Source of the DNA: Hyaloraphidium curvatum SAG 235-1
Lineage: Eukaryota > Fungi > Monoblepharomycota
Assembly: GCA_025558095.1 (NCBI GenBank)
Contig: JAIVFI010000022.1
Span: 248,001 to 312,000, forward strand
Reading direction: 5' to 3'
DNA: 64,000 nucleotides
Part shown: piece by piece, positions 1-11,349 of the stretch
Layout of the letters: every line of letters begins with the position of its first letter
Position numbering within the stretch: the first letter of the stretch is position 1
The notes under the pieces: model-generated
The model's database searches: none
The model's input: the letters and a program-made list of their open reading frames with translations, nothing else
What the model was told of the DNA's origin: nothing
Position numbers and translations under genes: made by a program

Positions 1-2
1 GC

Positions 3-959
3 CACTACGAGATCATCGCGGCCGGGATGGGGACGACGGTTGACGAGCTCAAGGAACGAGTTACAGGCCGTTTCTTTGGCGCTTTCGGCCGCCGTCCCGC
101 TGCTCCGAAGGACGGGGCCGCAGGCGACTCGAAAACATCTGAGCTGCCTCCACTACAGGACATCAACTGGAACTCGGGTATATCTTCATACCTCTCCCTT
201 TTGCGCGCGGCTTTGACCATAGTCACGCCTTTTGAGCTTGTTTCTTTCGCGTGGTCGTACGTTCGCGTGATTTGGTACGAGTCTTTCGGATGGTGGCTCG
301 GGCCAACGATGTGGAACGGCTCCGTTGCTCTGTTCGGGCTCGCGGAGCGGAAGGAGCTGCCCCTGAGGCCGCTGCCCGTGAACCACGCCAGCATGTTCTC
401 GGATATTGCGGTCGTTCATGGCTTTGAGGTTCTTGAGCTGGGTCACTTCAATGGAGATCCGCACCCCGGCAATCTCTGGCTCACCACCGACGGGCGCATC
501 GGGTTGCTAGACTACGGGGCTACTGCGACGCTCCCGCGCAACCAGCGGCTGGCACTGGCGCGCCTGGTCCTGCTCCTAAACCGATCGGGCGAGCCGGACA
601 AACCTGGGATCGTTAGGGAGATGAAAGAGCTCGGCTTCTCGATGTCGTTCGCCGGGGACGAAGCCCCCGAGGAATCGGCGCAGAGGGAAGACGACTTCCT
701 CTACAGGATCGCGACGGGCTTGCTCACCGCCCGCGGTTTCGGCGGGCGGAGGCACGGCCAGCAGGGCGACAGGAAGAGCAGGCCCATGTTCGAGTCCGTG
801 CCGGACAGGTTCTTCCTGATCGCGCGGGTTGTCGGTCTGCTGCGAGGATTGGCGTTCCAGCTTGGACTAGGCAACGTTGATATGGCGAGAGAGTGGAACC
901 GGAGCGCGGAGCGGGCACTAGAGATGGCGGCGAGAGAGGAAGTTGGGGCGCAAGGTTGA
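3..959 (+). CDS. ABC1/UbiB (ADCK) atypical kinase family protein, 3' part (5' end outside window)
   Basis: GHFNGDPHPGNLWLTTDGRIGLLDYG is the UbiB/ABC1 catalytic loop; C-terminal FFLIARVVGLLRGLA helix; the frame is open from the window start. Confidence 0.8.
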   Translation, partial: HYEIIAAGMGTTVDELKERVTGRFFGAFGRRPAAPKDGAAGDSKTSELPPLQDINWNSGISSYLSLLRAALTIVTPFELVSFAWSYVRVIWYESFGWWLGPTMWNGSVALFGLAERKELPLRPLPVNHASMFSDIAVVHGFEVLELGHFNGDPHPGNLWLTTDGRIGLLDYGATATLPRNQRLALARLVLLLNRSGEPDKPGIVREMKELGFSMSFAGDEAPEESAQREDDFLYRIATGLLTARGFGGRRHGQQGDRKSRPMFESVPDRFFLIARVVGLLRGLAFQLGLGNVDMAREWNRSAERALEMAAREEVGAQG

Positions 960-1141
960 AAGCAGAACGATGTACGAGCAGGAGTGCGGAGCCGGCGTGG
1001 AGATGGCGGCAAAGGTGACACTGCAGATGCAACAAAGAGCTCTAGAGACGGTGGTTGCTTTACAGGTCGTGAGTTGTAGAGGGTATGAAGCCCAATGACG
1101 AGATGCCGTGCCAGGATATCGGAGGGTGCCCCTTCGAAGCA

Positions 1142-1632
1142 CTAGTACAACGCCTGAATGTCTTTCGACAGCTTCATCGCGTCCTTCAGAGGCAATGGCG
1201 CCGGAATTACGTCTGCAAACGCCATAATTAGACGCGCCACTGGGCGAACCGAAGGGAACCCACCTCTAAGGAACTCGAGCTGCTCGATGTCTCTCACGGC
1301 CGCAGCGATGTCCTTGTACATGACCGTTTTCCGCTTGTCCTTCTGCGCGTACTCGTAAGCCCGCTCCAGAAGGTAGCCGAGGAAGATCTCCTGCAGAAGC
1401 GGCCGCCTTAAGCCAACGTTCCCGCCCGGAAGGAAGGAGGGCCCACGGTCGAGAAGGCGACGGCCACCACGCCGTCCTGCGACAGCTTCTGCACGTCCTT
1501 GTCCTCCTTCATGATTTTGCGGACGCGGCTGAGCGGGAAGCTCGGAGCGGTGGCCTTGGCGGCCGACTCGTCGGCGGCCCCCTCTGCGGGCTCGCCGGGC
1601 GGGGACGCGAGGCCCGACGGCGTCGACGCCAT
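1142..1632 (-). CDS. H2A-like histone-fold protein (CHRAC1/POLE4/Dpb3-like, CBFD_NFYB_HMF), 3 exons
   Basis: Spliced: FPLSRVRKIMKEDKDV..., EIFLGYLLERAYEYAQKDKRKTVMYKDIAAAVRDIEQLEFL, DVIP; ATG at 1632, TAG at 1142. Confidence 0.85.
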
Positions 1633-1894
1633 GGCGCGGGTCGGGACGAGCGCGGCTGGATGCCCGGAGGCCGGTGGGCGAAACGCCGGCGGTCCGCGGC
1701 ACCGGCTGCAAAATGGAAAGGCCGAAGTGCGAGATGATGGCCGCGGGCAGAAGGACTCAGGGCCGACGACGCTTCGAATCAACCAGCGGCGAATCCCGGT
1801 ACAGAGCTACGGAGAACTCATTTTCCATTGAGGGCATTGCTCAAAGTCGGGCACGCAAGTTCCTGGCGGCCCCGGCTGCCCTTCTCCGCGGCCC

Positions 1895-3520
1895 ATGGCC
1901 TTCGTCGAGCGGCATGGCCACCGCCTAGTTCTGAACGGCCGGCCGTTCCGATTCGTCGGCGTCAACATTCCGAACCTGCACATAATCGAAGATGGACCTC
2001 CGGAATCGCCTTGGATCGTGCCGGACGCGTGGGAGGTGGAGGATGCTGTGCGGACCGCGAAGCACATTGGCGGCGACAAAGCGGTCCTGCGAATCTGTGG
2101 GGGTCGCCTTGCCGAAGCCGATCCGGCTGGACTGAGCTTTGCGATGCTTGCAGATACGCCGCGCTTCGGGCTGCCGTCTTCGCCGAATCCAGAGCTACTT
2201 CACGTCGTCCTGCCCCGGGAGTTCAACGAGTCGCTGTTCGTAGCGTACGACCGGATCCTCGAAACTGCAGGGAGGCACGGCGTCAAGGTGATCATTCCTT
2301 TCGTCAACCCTTGGCCGGGAGAGAAGTGGGGCGGGACCGAGACCTACGAGAAGTAGGTCGCTTTGGTTGCCTTCCGCGGTCTAGTCACAAAAGTTCGTGA
2401 ATAGGTTCTTCGGCGAGAACTTGGGATCCTTCTTCACGTCATCCCGAATACGGGACCTATTCTTTGAGTTCGTGAGGTAGGCATGCCATTCTCGCGTTTC
2501 CGAAACAGACTGCTCACACCCTCCAGCTACCTACTCAACCGAATCAACACCCTCACCAACGTGCGCTACGGCGACGATCCCACCATCCTGTGCTGGCAAT
2601 CCGGCAACGAGCTCCACCACATCCACGGCCGCCCCCCCGCGGCCTTCACCCGCGCCGTCGCCGCGCACGCGAAGCGGCTCGCCCCGCGGCACCTCTTCTG
2701 CGACGGTAGCACCAACGGCGAGGGCGGTTTCGGATGGCCGGACGAGGTGCTCGCGGATCCCAATGTGGACATGGTCACCACGCACACGTATTCCAACATG
2801 GAGGCGGGGTTTGTGCGGAAGCTGTGCGATTCGGTCAGGGGGCACGGCAAGGCGCTCTTCGTGGGCGAGTTCGGGTTCAACGACGTGCGCAAGGTCGGGA
2901 GCTTCGTTGGCGGGATCGCGGGACTGCAGGACTGCGCGGGAGCGCTTTTTTGGAGCCTCCGGTTCCGCGCACGCGGGGGAGGCTTCTACTCGCACCACGA
3001 GTTTGACAACTTCTTCGCCCTGCACCACCCGGGCTTCGCCGCCAGAGTTTCGGAAGGGTTTCCAGAAGACGAAGCAGAGCATTGGACCGCGCTGACGGCC
3101 GCTGCGGCCAAGATCGCCGGGGCAAAGGTGCCCAAGCTCCCCGTTCCGGATGCTCCCGTTCTCCTCGCCGTCAGGGTCGAGAAGCTGCCCTCGGGGGCCA
3201 AATGCTGGCTGCGTTGGCGATCGAGTACTTTTGCGGAGGGCTACGCCGTGGAACGCAAAGCCGATGACGGGGCCTGGGAGCCCCTCCGACCGGGCAAAAG
3301 TGTACGGCCATCTGGGCTGGCTGGGATCGGGGCTGCGCTCGGCCTTGGCAAAGGCGGCGACCGGGCGTCTTGGATCCAGGACAATGTCAATGCGGTGAAC
3401 GGCGGTGAGGCCTTCGCGGACGAGCTTCGGGCGGTGGTATCCAAGGTCGCCTACAGGATCGCCGCACGGAATGCTACGGGTGGATCGCCGTGGTCAAACG
3501 AGGTCGAAGTATCTCTCTAG
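1895..3520 (+). CDS. GH5 glycoside hydrolase (endo-beta-mannanase-like) with C-terminal FN3-like domain, multi-exon
   Basis: LNGRPFRFVGVNIPNL start; acid/base ILCWQSGNEL; nucleophile LFVGEFG; GALFWSL; C-terminal LRW...YAVER...YRIAARNATGGSPWS. Confidence 0.85.
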
Positions 3521-3589
3521 TACCTATCTACAATGCGAAACTCGCTTTTTGAGAGTGCTCTGCCGCCGTCCGCCGTGCCGCCCAAGAAT

Positions 3590-5077
3590 CTAGATGGGGT
3601 AGTGCCCCGGCAGCGTCTCCACGGTGATCCAGCGCAGCTCCGTGAAGGCGTCGATCCCAGCCTTGCCCCCAAACCTGCCGTACCCCGACGCTTTGGTGCC
3701 GCCGAACGGCATCTGCGCCTCGTCGTGCACCGTGGGCCCGTTGACGTGGCATATGCCCGACTTGATCATCTTGGCGACCCTCCACCCGCGCGCAATGTCC
3801 CGCGTGAAGACGCTGGCCGAGAGCCCGTACTCGCTGTCGTTGGCCAGCTCCACCGCGTGCGCTTCGTCGCGCGCCCGGGTGATAGCGACGAGGGGGGCGA
3901 AGCTCTCCTCCCGGAAGAGGCGCATGGCGGGCGTGACGTCCGCCACCACCGTGGCGGGCATGAGGACGCCCGAAGGGGGCCCGCCGGCCAGGAGGCGGGC
4001 ACCGTGCGAGACGGCTTCGTCGACAAGGGCGGCGGCACGGTCCGCGGCCTTGCGGTCGACGACGGCGCCGAGCGGCGTCTTGCCCTCGCGGGGGTCGCCG
4101 ACGGCCATGGACTTGGCCTTAGCGGCGAAGCGGCGGGCAAACTCGTCGGCCACCGAGTCGACGACGATGATGCGCTCAGTCGACATGCAGATTTGGCCCT
4201 GGTTCATGTAGGCGCCGAAGGATCCGGCCTTGACGGCCTCGTCCAGGTCCGCATCTTCGAGCACCACGAAGGGCGCCTTGCCGCCCAGCTCAAGCAGAAC
4301 AGGCTTCAGGTTCTGCGCAGCACGCACGGCCACGGTGCGGCCGACGCGCGTGGACCCCGTGAAGTTGATCCGGCGGACGTCCGGGTGGTCGATCAGGGAG
4401 CCGACGACCTCGCCGGCGTCTTCTGGGGCATTGGTGACGAGCGACACCACCCCCGTGGGGATGCCACCTTCCGTCAAAGCCTCGGCAATGAGGCCATGGG
4501 TCCGCGGGCACGTCTCCGAGGCCTTGAAGACCACGGTGTTTCCGCAGGCGATGGGCACGGCGATTGCACGCACACCGAGAATGACGGGGGCATTCCACGG
4601 CGCAATTCCGAGCAGGACGCCGACTGGTTCGCGCACGGCCATGGACAAGCAGCCAGGCTTGTCCGAAGGAATGACCTCGCCCCCGATCTGCGTGGTGAGC
4701 GCAGCCGCCTCTCGCAGCATCCCCGTGGCCAGCATAACGTTGAACCTGGCCCAGCCTTCCGTGGCGCCGATTTCCGATGCCATGGCGGCGACGAACGCGT
4801 CCGCCTTGGCGGCCAACGCGTCCGCGGCCTTGTTGATTGCGGCGCGGCGGGCATTGGGGCCAAGTGCGGACCAGGCGGGGAACGCGGCGGCGGCATTCTC
4901 CACCTGCTGCGCGGCGCGCGCGGGCGTCATCGCCTCGGCGGTGCTGGCGACCTCGCCCGTGAGAGGATTGACGCGCGAGAACTGGGAGACGTGGCGGCCG
5001 GCAGACGGCGCGAGAGTCGGCCGCAGCCCGGGCAGCCGGCACACGGGCGCGCGTCTGAGCGCCAAGAGCATGTTCAT
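3590..5077 (-). CDS. Aldehyde dehydrogenase, bacterial salicylaldehyde/vanillin dehydrogenase type, intronless, with N-terminal presequence
   Basis: APWNAP, FTGSTRVG, LELGGK (catalytic Glu), NQGQICMS (catalytic Cys), EESFAP, MPFGGTKASGYGRFGG. Confidence 0.95.
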   Translation of the reverse strand: MNMLLALRRAPVCRLPGLRPTLAPSAGRHVSQFSRVNPLTGEVASTAEAMTPARAAQQVENAAAAFPAWSALGPNARRAAINKAADALAAKADAFVAAMASEIGATEGWARFNVMLATGMLREAAALTTQIGGEVIPSDKPGCLSMAVREPVGVLLGIAPWNAPVILGVRAIAVPIACGNTVVFKASETCPRTHGLIAEALTEGGIPTGVVSLVTNAPEDAGEVVGSLIDHPDVRRINFTGSTRVGRTVAVRAAQNLKPVLLELGGKAPFVVLEDADLDEAVKAGSFGAYMNQGQICMSTERIIVVDSVADEFARRFAAKAKSMAVGDPREGKTPLGAVVDRKAADRAAALVDEAVSHGARLLAGGPPSGVLMPATVVADVTPAMRLFREESFAPLVAITRARDEAHAVELANDSEYGLSASVFTRDIARGWRVAKMIKSGICHVNGPTVHDEAQMPFGGTKASGYGRFGGKAGIDAFTELRWITVETLPGHYPI

Positions 5078-5202
5078 GATTCAAGCACGGCTCAGAAACG
5101 CTGCAGTCGAGAGCTTTCGAGGGCTCAAGCTCAAGCTGGTGGGTGACAACGGCGTGCCATGATCGACTCCAAGATCGACTCCCGTAAACACCGCGGTCCG
5201 AG

Positions 5203-6603
5203 ATGCCACTTGTTCTGCTGACGGGCTATCCGTGCTCCGGAAAGACGACCCGGGCAAAGCAGCTGAAGGAGCTCTTCGAGACCCGGGTCGAGCGGTTGCC
5301 CGCCGCGGTCGTGGTGCCGACAAAGACCATCGCGTCGCAGGGCGTCCTGGACGCTTCCTCTGGCGTGCCCGCACCGTCATCGACGGTCGCAAGGCAGCAA
5401 ACGCCGAGTGGGACCGAAGCTGCAAAGCCATCGTCGTTCGTCAAGTCGTCCTTTAGGAGGACGGCGCCCCAGGCGGAGACGGAACGTGTCGTGGGGACCG
5501 TGGACTCGGACACGCCCCCTTCAGCTGCGGACGATGGGCAACCGAACGGCGAATCGTCTGGCTCTTCTTCGGAGAAAGATCGGTGGACAGTCCATGTCAT
5601 TAACGACGAGATGTTTGGAAGCGTCCGGAGCGAGGCGTACAAGAGTTCGTGCCCTGTTTTTCCTATCCCTTGGACCTTCTGGAACCCTCTTCCCCCCCTC
5701 TACCAGATGCCAACGAGGAGAAAAAGTTCCGGGCCATGGTCATGTCATCGGTAGAACGGCTCGTCAGCAAGGACACCATCGTCATCGTCGACGCCATGAA
5801 TGCCATCAAAGGCTACCGGTACCAGCTCTACTGCGTCGCCAAGGCGCTCCCTACCCAGCATTGTGTTGTGGGATCATGTTTTCGTGGCTCGTGTCCGCCT
5901 TGATTTGACGGATTCCTTGTCCAGATCAAGTGCGATTGCCCGCGAGATACCGCGAAGCAATGGAACAAGGAGCGCGACTCTGATTCCTATACCACGGAGC
6001 AGTCGGTGCTTCCCACGGATTCCGTCTCTCCCTCCCTCACACCCAGGCAGGATGGACGACCTCATCACCCGCTACGAGGAGCCGATCGAGACCAACCGCT
6101 GGGACAGCCCGCTCTACACCCTGGCGCCCGACGACGACCTCCTGGACGCCGTCCCGTCGGCCGACTCGGACGTCGGCGACACGCGGTTCGACCAGATTGC
6201 CAGGCTGGTGCTGAGTAGGGCGCCGCCGAAGCAGAACATGAGCACGATGAGGGTGCGTTTCGCTCCACCCCGGTTTCCTCGCCTTTCTTACTCTTATCCC
6301 AACTTTCGTTTGCTCCAGAACCCGATAACTCAGACCAACTACGTGCAGAACGTGGACAAGCTGCTGAACGACGTCATCCAGGCCATCCAGTCGCACCAGG
6401 CCTCATACGGGGCCTACGCCTCGCCGCAGTGCCCGATACCCGACTGCCAGCTAAAGGTGGACCTTCCCCCGCGGATCGTCAGCGCCGCCGAGCTGCGGAG
6501 ATTGAAGAGGGGCTTCGAGAACCTGAACAAGCTGCGGCGGGTGGAGGACATGGGGAGGGCAGTCGAGACCTTTGTGGAGTACCTGAACGGGGTGCTGCGA
6601 TAG
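5203..6603 (+). CDS. KTI12: KTI12 (Elongator-associated, PSTK-like ATPase), multi-exon
   Basis: MPLVLLTGYPCSGKT P-loop; IVIVDAMNAIKGYRYQLYC; RYEEPIETNRWDSPL; AELRRLKRGF. Confidence 0.92.
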
Positions 6604-6663
6604 CAGACCACGACCAAAAGATCACATTTCACACTTCCAATGCCACATCCGGCACCCTGTTCT

Positions 6664-7959
6664 TCAAAGCTTGGCGCCACCGGCCAGCTCGATCACGTAG
6701 CCCGCCTTGGCGTCGATGTCCCCCCTGATCATCTTCCTCGCCAGCTGCTCCGCGTCCGGGACGCTGCGCACCTTGACGATGTCGATGAAGTCGCGGAGCC
6801 TCGGCACCGTCTGGTCCCAGACGGAGCCGCGCAGCTCGGCGTACTTGGCGGCGCCGAGCTCGGCCACCCTCTGCTGGGCCCACGCGGGTGCGAAGAAGAA
6901 GGACGAGTTCTTGGGGCGGTAGAAGTTCTTGTCGGGGCCGGGACCCTCGTAATGGGTCTGAGTGGGAGATTGAGTGATCGGCGATAGCCAGCAGCTGCAG
7001 ACACCTACCGCGCCGACCCGGACAGTGCCCTTCAGGTTCGCCTCCCCGCCGTAGCGCTCATATACCGCCCGCGTCACTTTCGAATCGCCTGCCATGTCCA
7101 CCATGACCGCGCCGCCGTCGTACACGGTCAGCTTCTCCTTGATGTCGTCGTACGTCACGATCTCGTCGTAGAGCCGCAGCCCCTCGACAAACGGCACATT
7201 TCGCTTGCTGGTGAGGCCGATCACCCGGGCGGACTTGTCGACGGTCCGCAGGCAGAAGGCAAGGGCGTAGGAAGTCTTGCTCGACGCGGAGGTAATGATC
7301 ACCGCCTTGGAAGTCGCCCCGAGGTAGGTCTTTTGCGACAAAAAGTCGGCAAGCATGAAGCCGGTCGACCAGAGCGGCGAGAAGACCATGGCGTGGTCCT
7401 CCAGCTCCGCAGGCACGCGCAGAGGGTCCTCTCCAGACAACCTCGTGTAGGTGAGGTAGGCTAGGCGGTCTTTCGGCAGGTCCGGCCTCGAGAGGACGAT
7501 GTGCGTGCTCGTGACGGTTCCCGGCGTGCAGACCAGGTGCGAGGCGAACGGGAAGTAGCCCCAGAGCCGCTCGCCCTCCTTCACGACGGCGTGCTTGCTC
7601 TTAACGACGATTCCGAAGCCCCAGACGTTCATCTTGCCGTACTTTTTGTCCTGCGCCGGGAAGAAATCGAAGTAGCGGAGGCTCTTCCCCGTAATGATAT
7701 AACTGGCGCGAATCGCTCATGTCCCGTTGGTCCGCGGGCTATAACGGAGAGGACTCACGAGACATTGTTCGCTGTGAGGCTTTGGGAGGGGTCAGAAGGC
7801 AGGCCGGCCGGGAGCCGTTCGAGGAAGAGCGCACCCGAACTTCTCAATCTTGATCAGCACCTCGTCGTTCGCGAGGTCGGCAACGGCCCGGCTCTCCAGG
7901 TGGACATTCCGCGGGTCGTCCTGCTCGACAAACAGCTCAGTGATGTTCGCAAGGGCCAT
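6664..7959 (-). CDS. DUF2855 family protein ending in PTS1 (-AKL), multi-exon
   Basis: LTANNVSY, VWGFG, WGYFPFASH, TGFMLADFL, SASSKTSY, IGLTSKRNVPFVEGL motifs; C-terminus GGAKL. Confidence 0.85.
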
Positions 7960-8263
7960 GATTTCGAAGTGCGGGACGGGGGAGACGGTGCGCTGGGATC
8001 GGCGGCCGCACGGCAGCGGCAAAACTGCGGGCTCGGCTTCCGGCCGTCCATCGGAATCCAGCTTTCACGCCAGCGGACCATCAAATGGATTAAAATCATA
8101 ACAAGTTGAATATCTTCAAGTCGGATTGCTGCTGCCGCCGACGAAAGTGGTCGCGGACGGACGATATCGGGCAACAGGCTCTCGGCCGCACGCCCTGGAA
8201 GCTGCGGATGCAATCCGCAAACCATCCCACAGGAGAGTCACATTGAGTTTCATCATCACGCCC

Positions 8264-8725
8264 TCATGATTTTGGAAAATCGATGCTACAGTTGACCCAC
8301 TCCTTGTCAAAGCTCGATCCATACTTGGCATAGAACTCCAAAGCCGGCGTGTTCCATTCCAGCGCCTGCCAAGCCATCCGCCGGTATCCTCGTCGCTTCG
8401 TTTCTGCGATGCACTCCTCAAACAGCAGTTTCCCGGCTCCTTGGCCTCGCAGGGCCTCGGTGACCACCAGGTCCTCGAGGTAGAGCACTTCCCCCTTCCA
8501 CGTCGAGTACCGAACGTAGCAGAGTGCCATCCCCTCCACCGCTCCAGTCTTCGATTCGGCCACAAAGGCGAACCAGGATGGGTTCGGGCCAAAGCCGGAG
8601 TCTCGGAACTCGTCGAGCGTGACCACGACCTGTTCCGGAGCCTTTTCGAACGTTGCAAGCTCTTTCACGAGCTCCAGCATTCGCTCGCAGTCCTCCACTT
8701 TCGCGTTTCGGACGATGAATGACAT
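8264..8725 (-). CDS. GNAT acetyltransferase, diamine/spermidine N-acetyltransferase-like, intronless
   Basis: ELATFEKAP, YSTWKGEVLYLEDLVVTEALRGQGAGKLL (acetyl-CoA motif A), LEWNTPALEFY; likely ATG at 8725. Confidence 0.9.
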   Translation of the reverse strand: MSFIVRNAKVEDCERMLELVKELATFEKAPEQVVVTLDEFRDSGFGPNPSWFAFVAESKTGAVEGMALCYVRYSTWKGEVLYLEDLVVTEALRGQGAGKLLFEECIAETKRRGYRRMAWQALEWNTPALEFYAKYGSSFDKEWVNCSIDFPKS

Positions 8726-8843
8726 CTTGTGCGCGTCGTTTGGCCCAAAGAGTAATACAGGCGTTGGCTCTACAGGTGCACTTCCTCCTGTGGGCGTCAC
8801 TTTGTTTACGTCGCTCGGACCCCTCCGAGTCATCAACGCGCCC

Positions 8844-9655
8844 CTAATAGTTCCGGCCCGCCTCGTAGTACCGTGAAACTGTCATGGCTTTGAGCCGCAT
8901 CAGCTCCTGGTGCTGCGCGTTCAGAGTCTCGACCTGCGGGGGGAACAACGTCGGCTTGTTGCTGCGTCTTCCCGACGGTGCCCTCACGTGAAGACGGTCC
9001 CGCTCCAACAGCCGATCGAAGTTCCTCTTGTACTTTTCCAAAGCAAGCCGAGTCTCGTCGATCTCGCGGAGGAGCTCGCGCTCGCGATAGTCGAGGCCGT
9101 CGACCCTGCAGATCACGGACGGTCAGCCGTTGCTGCTTCAATTTGTGCAGAGGCAGAAACCAACGTCTTGCGAAGATCCGAGTTGGCCTGCACGAGGCGG
9201 TCCATCTCTTGCTCCATTTGCGCCATGGCGTTCCTGATGTGCGCCACGGCAGCGTCCGGGTGCTGGCTTTCGCGGGTGTCGGCTTCGCGCCCGTCCTCGG
9301 TAAAGTACGCAGAGTCGCGAACCGACGCGGTCTCCGTGACTTGTTGCCGAATTTCGAAGGAGGCCTCCGCAGGTTGGGCTGGAGTCGTCCTCGGGAGATC
9401 TGCGTCTCCTTTCGGTTTCCAGGTCTTGTCCAGCGACAGCAGGCGAGAGACCGTAGCCGGAACCAGAAGCACAGCTCGCAGAGGCAGGATGAAGGGGTAC
9501 AGGATGAGGACGCGCAGGAGAATGTTCTTGGAGCTGCTCGCTTCGGCCGCGGCGTGGTCTACCTCGGCGGCGAGAAAAAGCGACAGGGAGAGCCACGGAA
9601 GAAAGAATCCGAAGGCCTCCGCGTAGAACGGAGGGCTAGGTTCGTCGCGGTCCAT
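8844..9655 (-). CDS. Hypothetical protein with N-terminal hydrophobic segment and C-terminal coiled coil
   Basis: ORFs 9113-9781 and 8844-9116 can be joined by short introns; heptad-rich MAQMEQEMDRLVQAN and ERELLREIDETRLALEKY; no family recognised. Confidence 0.5.
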
Positions 9656-9807
9656 GGTTTCGTGATGGCGAGTCGGTTGAAGATGGTGACGTGGAGTCGG
9701 CCTCGCGGTCGGGCCGCGGCTCGACAAACACCGCAATCCCGGTTGCCCCCCAACGCAGGAGAAACCAGGGCCTGGATTCATTCCATTTTCTTAGTGCTCT
9801 CTAGAAC

Positions 9808-10935
9808 ATGGCCGCCTCGTCTGCGGCGGCCGTAGCCTCGCCGGCCGCGATTCCGGCCCCCGTTCCGGCCGCGGCCCGCAAACCTCCTGCCCCCCTGCCC
9901 CTCCACTGGAATCTCCTCGCGGGCGGTCTCGCGGGCATGACCGAGATCTTGACGCTATATCCTTTGGACGTGGTCAAGACCCGTCTGCAGCTGCAGGTCG
10001 GGAAGGAAGCGGGACACTACACGTCGGTCATGGGCACGCTGCGGGCCATTGTTCGCGAGGAGGGCGTCCTGAAACTGTACCGCGGCATCCTGCCGCCGAT
10101 CATGATCGAGGCCCCGAAGCGTGCTGTCAAATTCAGCGCGAACGAGCAGTACACGGCGACGGTGCGGTCTTTTGGCATCCCGCCGTCGCAGCTGTCGGCA
10201 ATCATCGTGGGAGTTCTGGCGGGTTTGACGGAGGCGCTCGTGGTGTCTCCTCCGGATGTGCTGAAGAACAGGTCGGATTCTGTTGGGCAGTTTTTGAGTC
10301 GCGAGTCTGACGAATCTCGCTGGCAGGCTCCAGGACAAGAGGAACGCCGGCCGATATCGGAATACCTGGGACTGCTTCACGAAAACACTTGCTGAAGACG
10401 GCCCGCTGGCGTTCACAAACGGACTCGGCTCCGCGTTCTGGAAGCACGGCGTCTGGAACGCCGGTTTCTTCGGTTCCATCTAGTGCGTCACTTTCCGGCA
10501 ACGGTACGACGGAGAAGCTAAACCTGCGCTCTTCAGCTACGTCCGCCAGCTCCTTCCAGTTTCGAAAAAGGATTCCCAACAGACCGCGATGCTCAAGAGT
10601 TTCGCTTCCGGATCGTTGGGCGGGATCATTGGGACCTCCGTGAGTGCCCCGGCCCCCGTTCGGCCGATACCCCTGCTTACCGCCTGAATCAGATGAACAC
10701 GCCCTTCGACGTGATCAAGACCCGCGTGCAGATCCTCCCGCGCTCGGATCGGACTTACAAACCGACGATCCCAGCCCTGGTGCGGATCTACCGCAACGAG
10801 GGGGTCGCGGCGCTCTACAAGGGCTTCGCACCCAAGGTCATGCGGATGGCCCCCGGCGGCGGCATTGTCGTCGTCGTCTTTGACTACGTCTCGGCGTTCA
10901 TCCGGGAACACGTGCTCATGGAGACCGAAGACTGA
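9808..10935 (+). CDS. Mitochondrial 2-oxodicarboxylate carrier (ODC1/SLC25A21-like), multi-exon
   Basis: Three carrier repeats YPLDVVKTRLQ / SPPDVLKNRLQ / TPFDVIKTRVQ; EAPKRAVKF signature; LYKGFAPKVMRMAPGGG. Confidence 0.88.
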
Positions 10936-11349
10936 GCGATCGAAACCAGAGGGCTCAAACAAAGGACGCGGCCTGGAAACGCTCCAGAGTCACTTGTACC
11001 TTTGATCCCTTCCGGTCGAATACAGTCAGTGCAAAGGAAGAAGAACGACGGTCCAGTGGTGTGCACTTTCTTTCATCTTTCTCCGCATTTCCAGGTTCGA
11101 TTCTAATGCAGATAAAGGCAACTCCTTCCTCAGGATGCCTTTTGTAGTGTTGCTATATAATCGGGCTTGGTTTCTCGCTTTTTTGTGATGACGCGGATTG
11201 GTGCGAGGGCCGGTGGGACTTTCGTACCACCATCCCGCGACACGCCAGAGCCTTCCGCGCGCGGACGAAGCGAGACGGAGCCGTGTCGCCTCGAGAGTCC
11301 AATTTCGATATCCGACCCGGGCGACTTATCACTCCGCAACGCCGAGGAG

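Noticed and set aside
3533-5146. 537-aa + strand ORF and many similar long ORFs (for example 11329-12453, 59262-60218, 55705-56934)
   Set aside because: Antisense or off-frame shadows of real GC3-rich genes; Arg/Gly/Pro-rich with no motifs.
5203-6603. PSTK (Sec-tRNA kinase) as part of a selenium gene cluster
   Set aside because: KTI12 is PSTK-like, but the motifs IKGYRYQLYC and RYEEP...NRWDSPL are KTI12-specific; there is no evidence of clustered Sec machinery in this window.
3590-8725. Bacterial contamination or chimeric assembly
   Set aside because: The bacterial-like genes alternate with intron-containing eukaryotic genes, and the ALDH carries a eukaryotic-type presequence.
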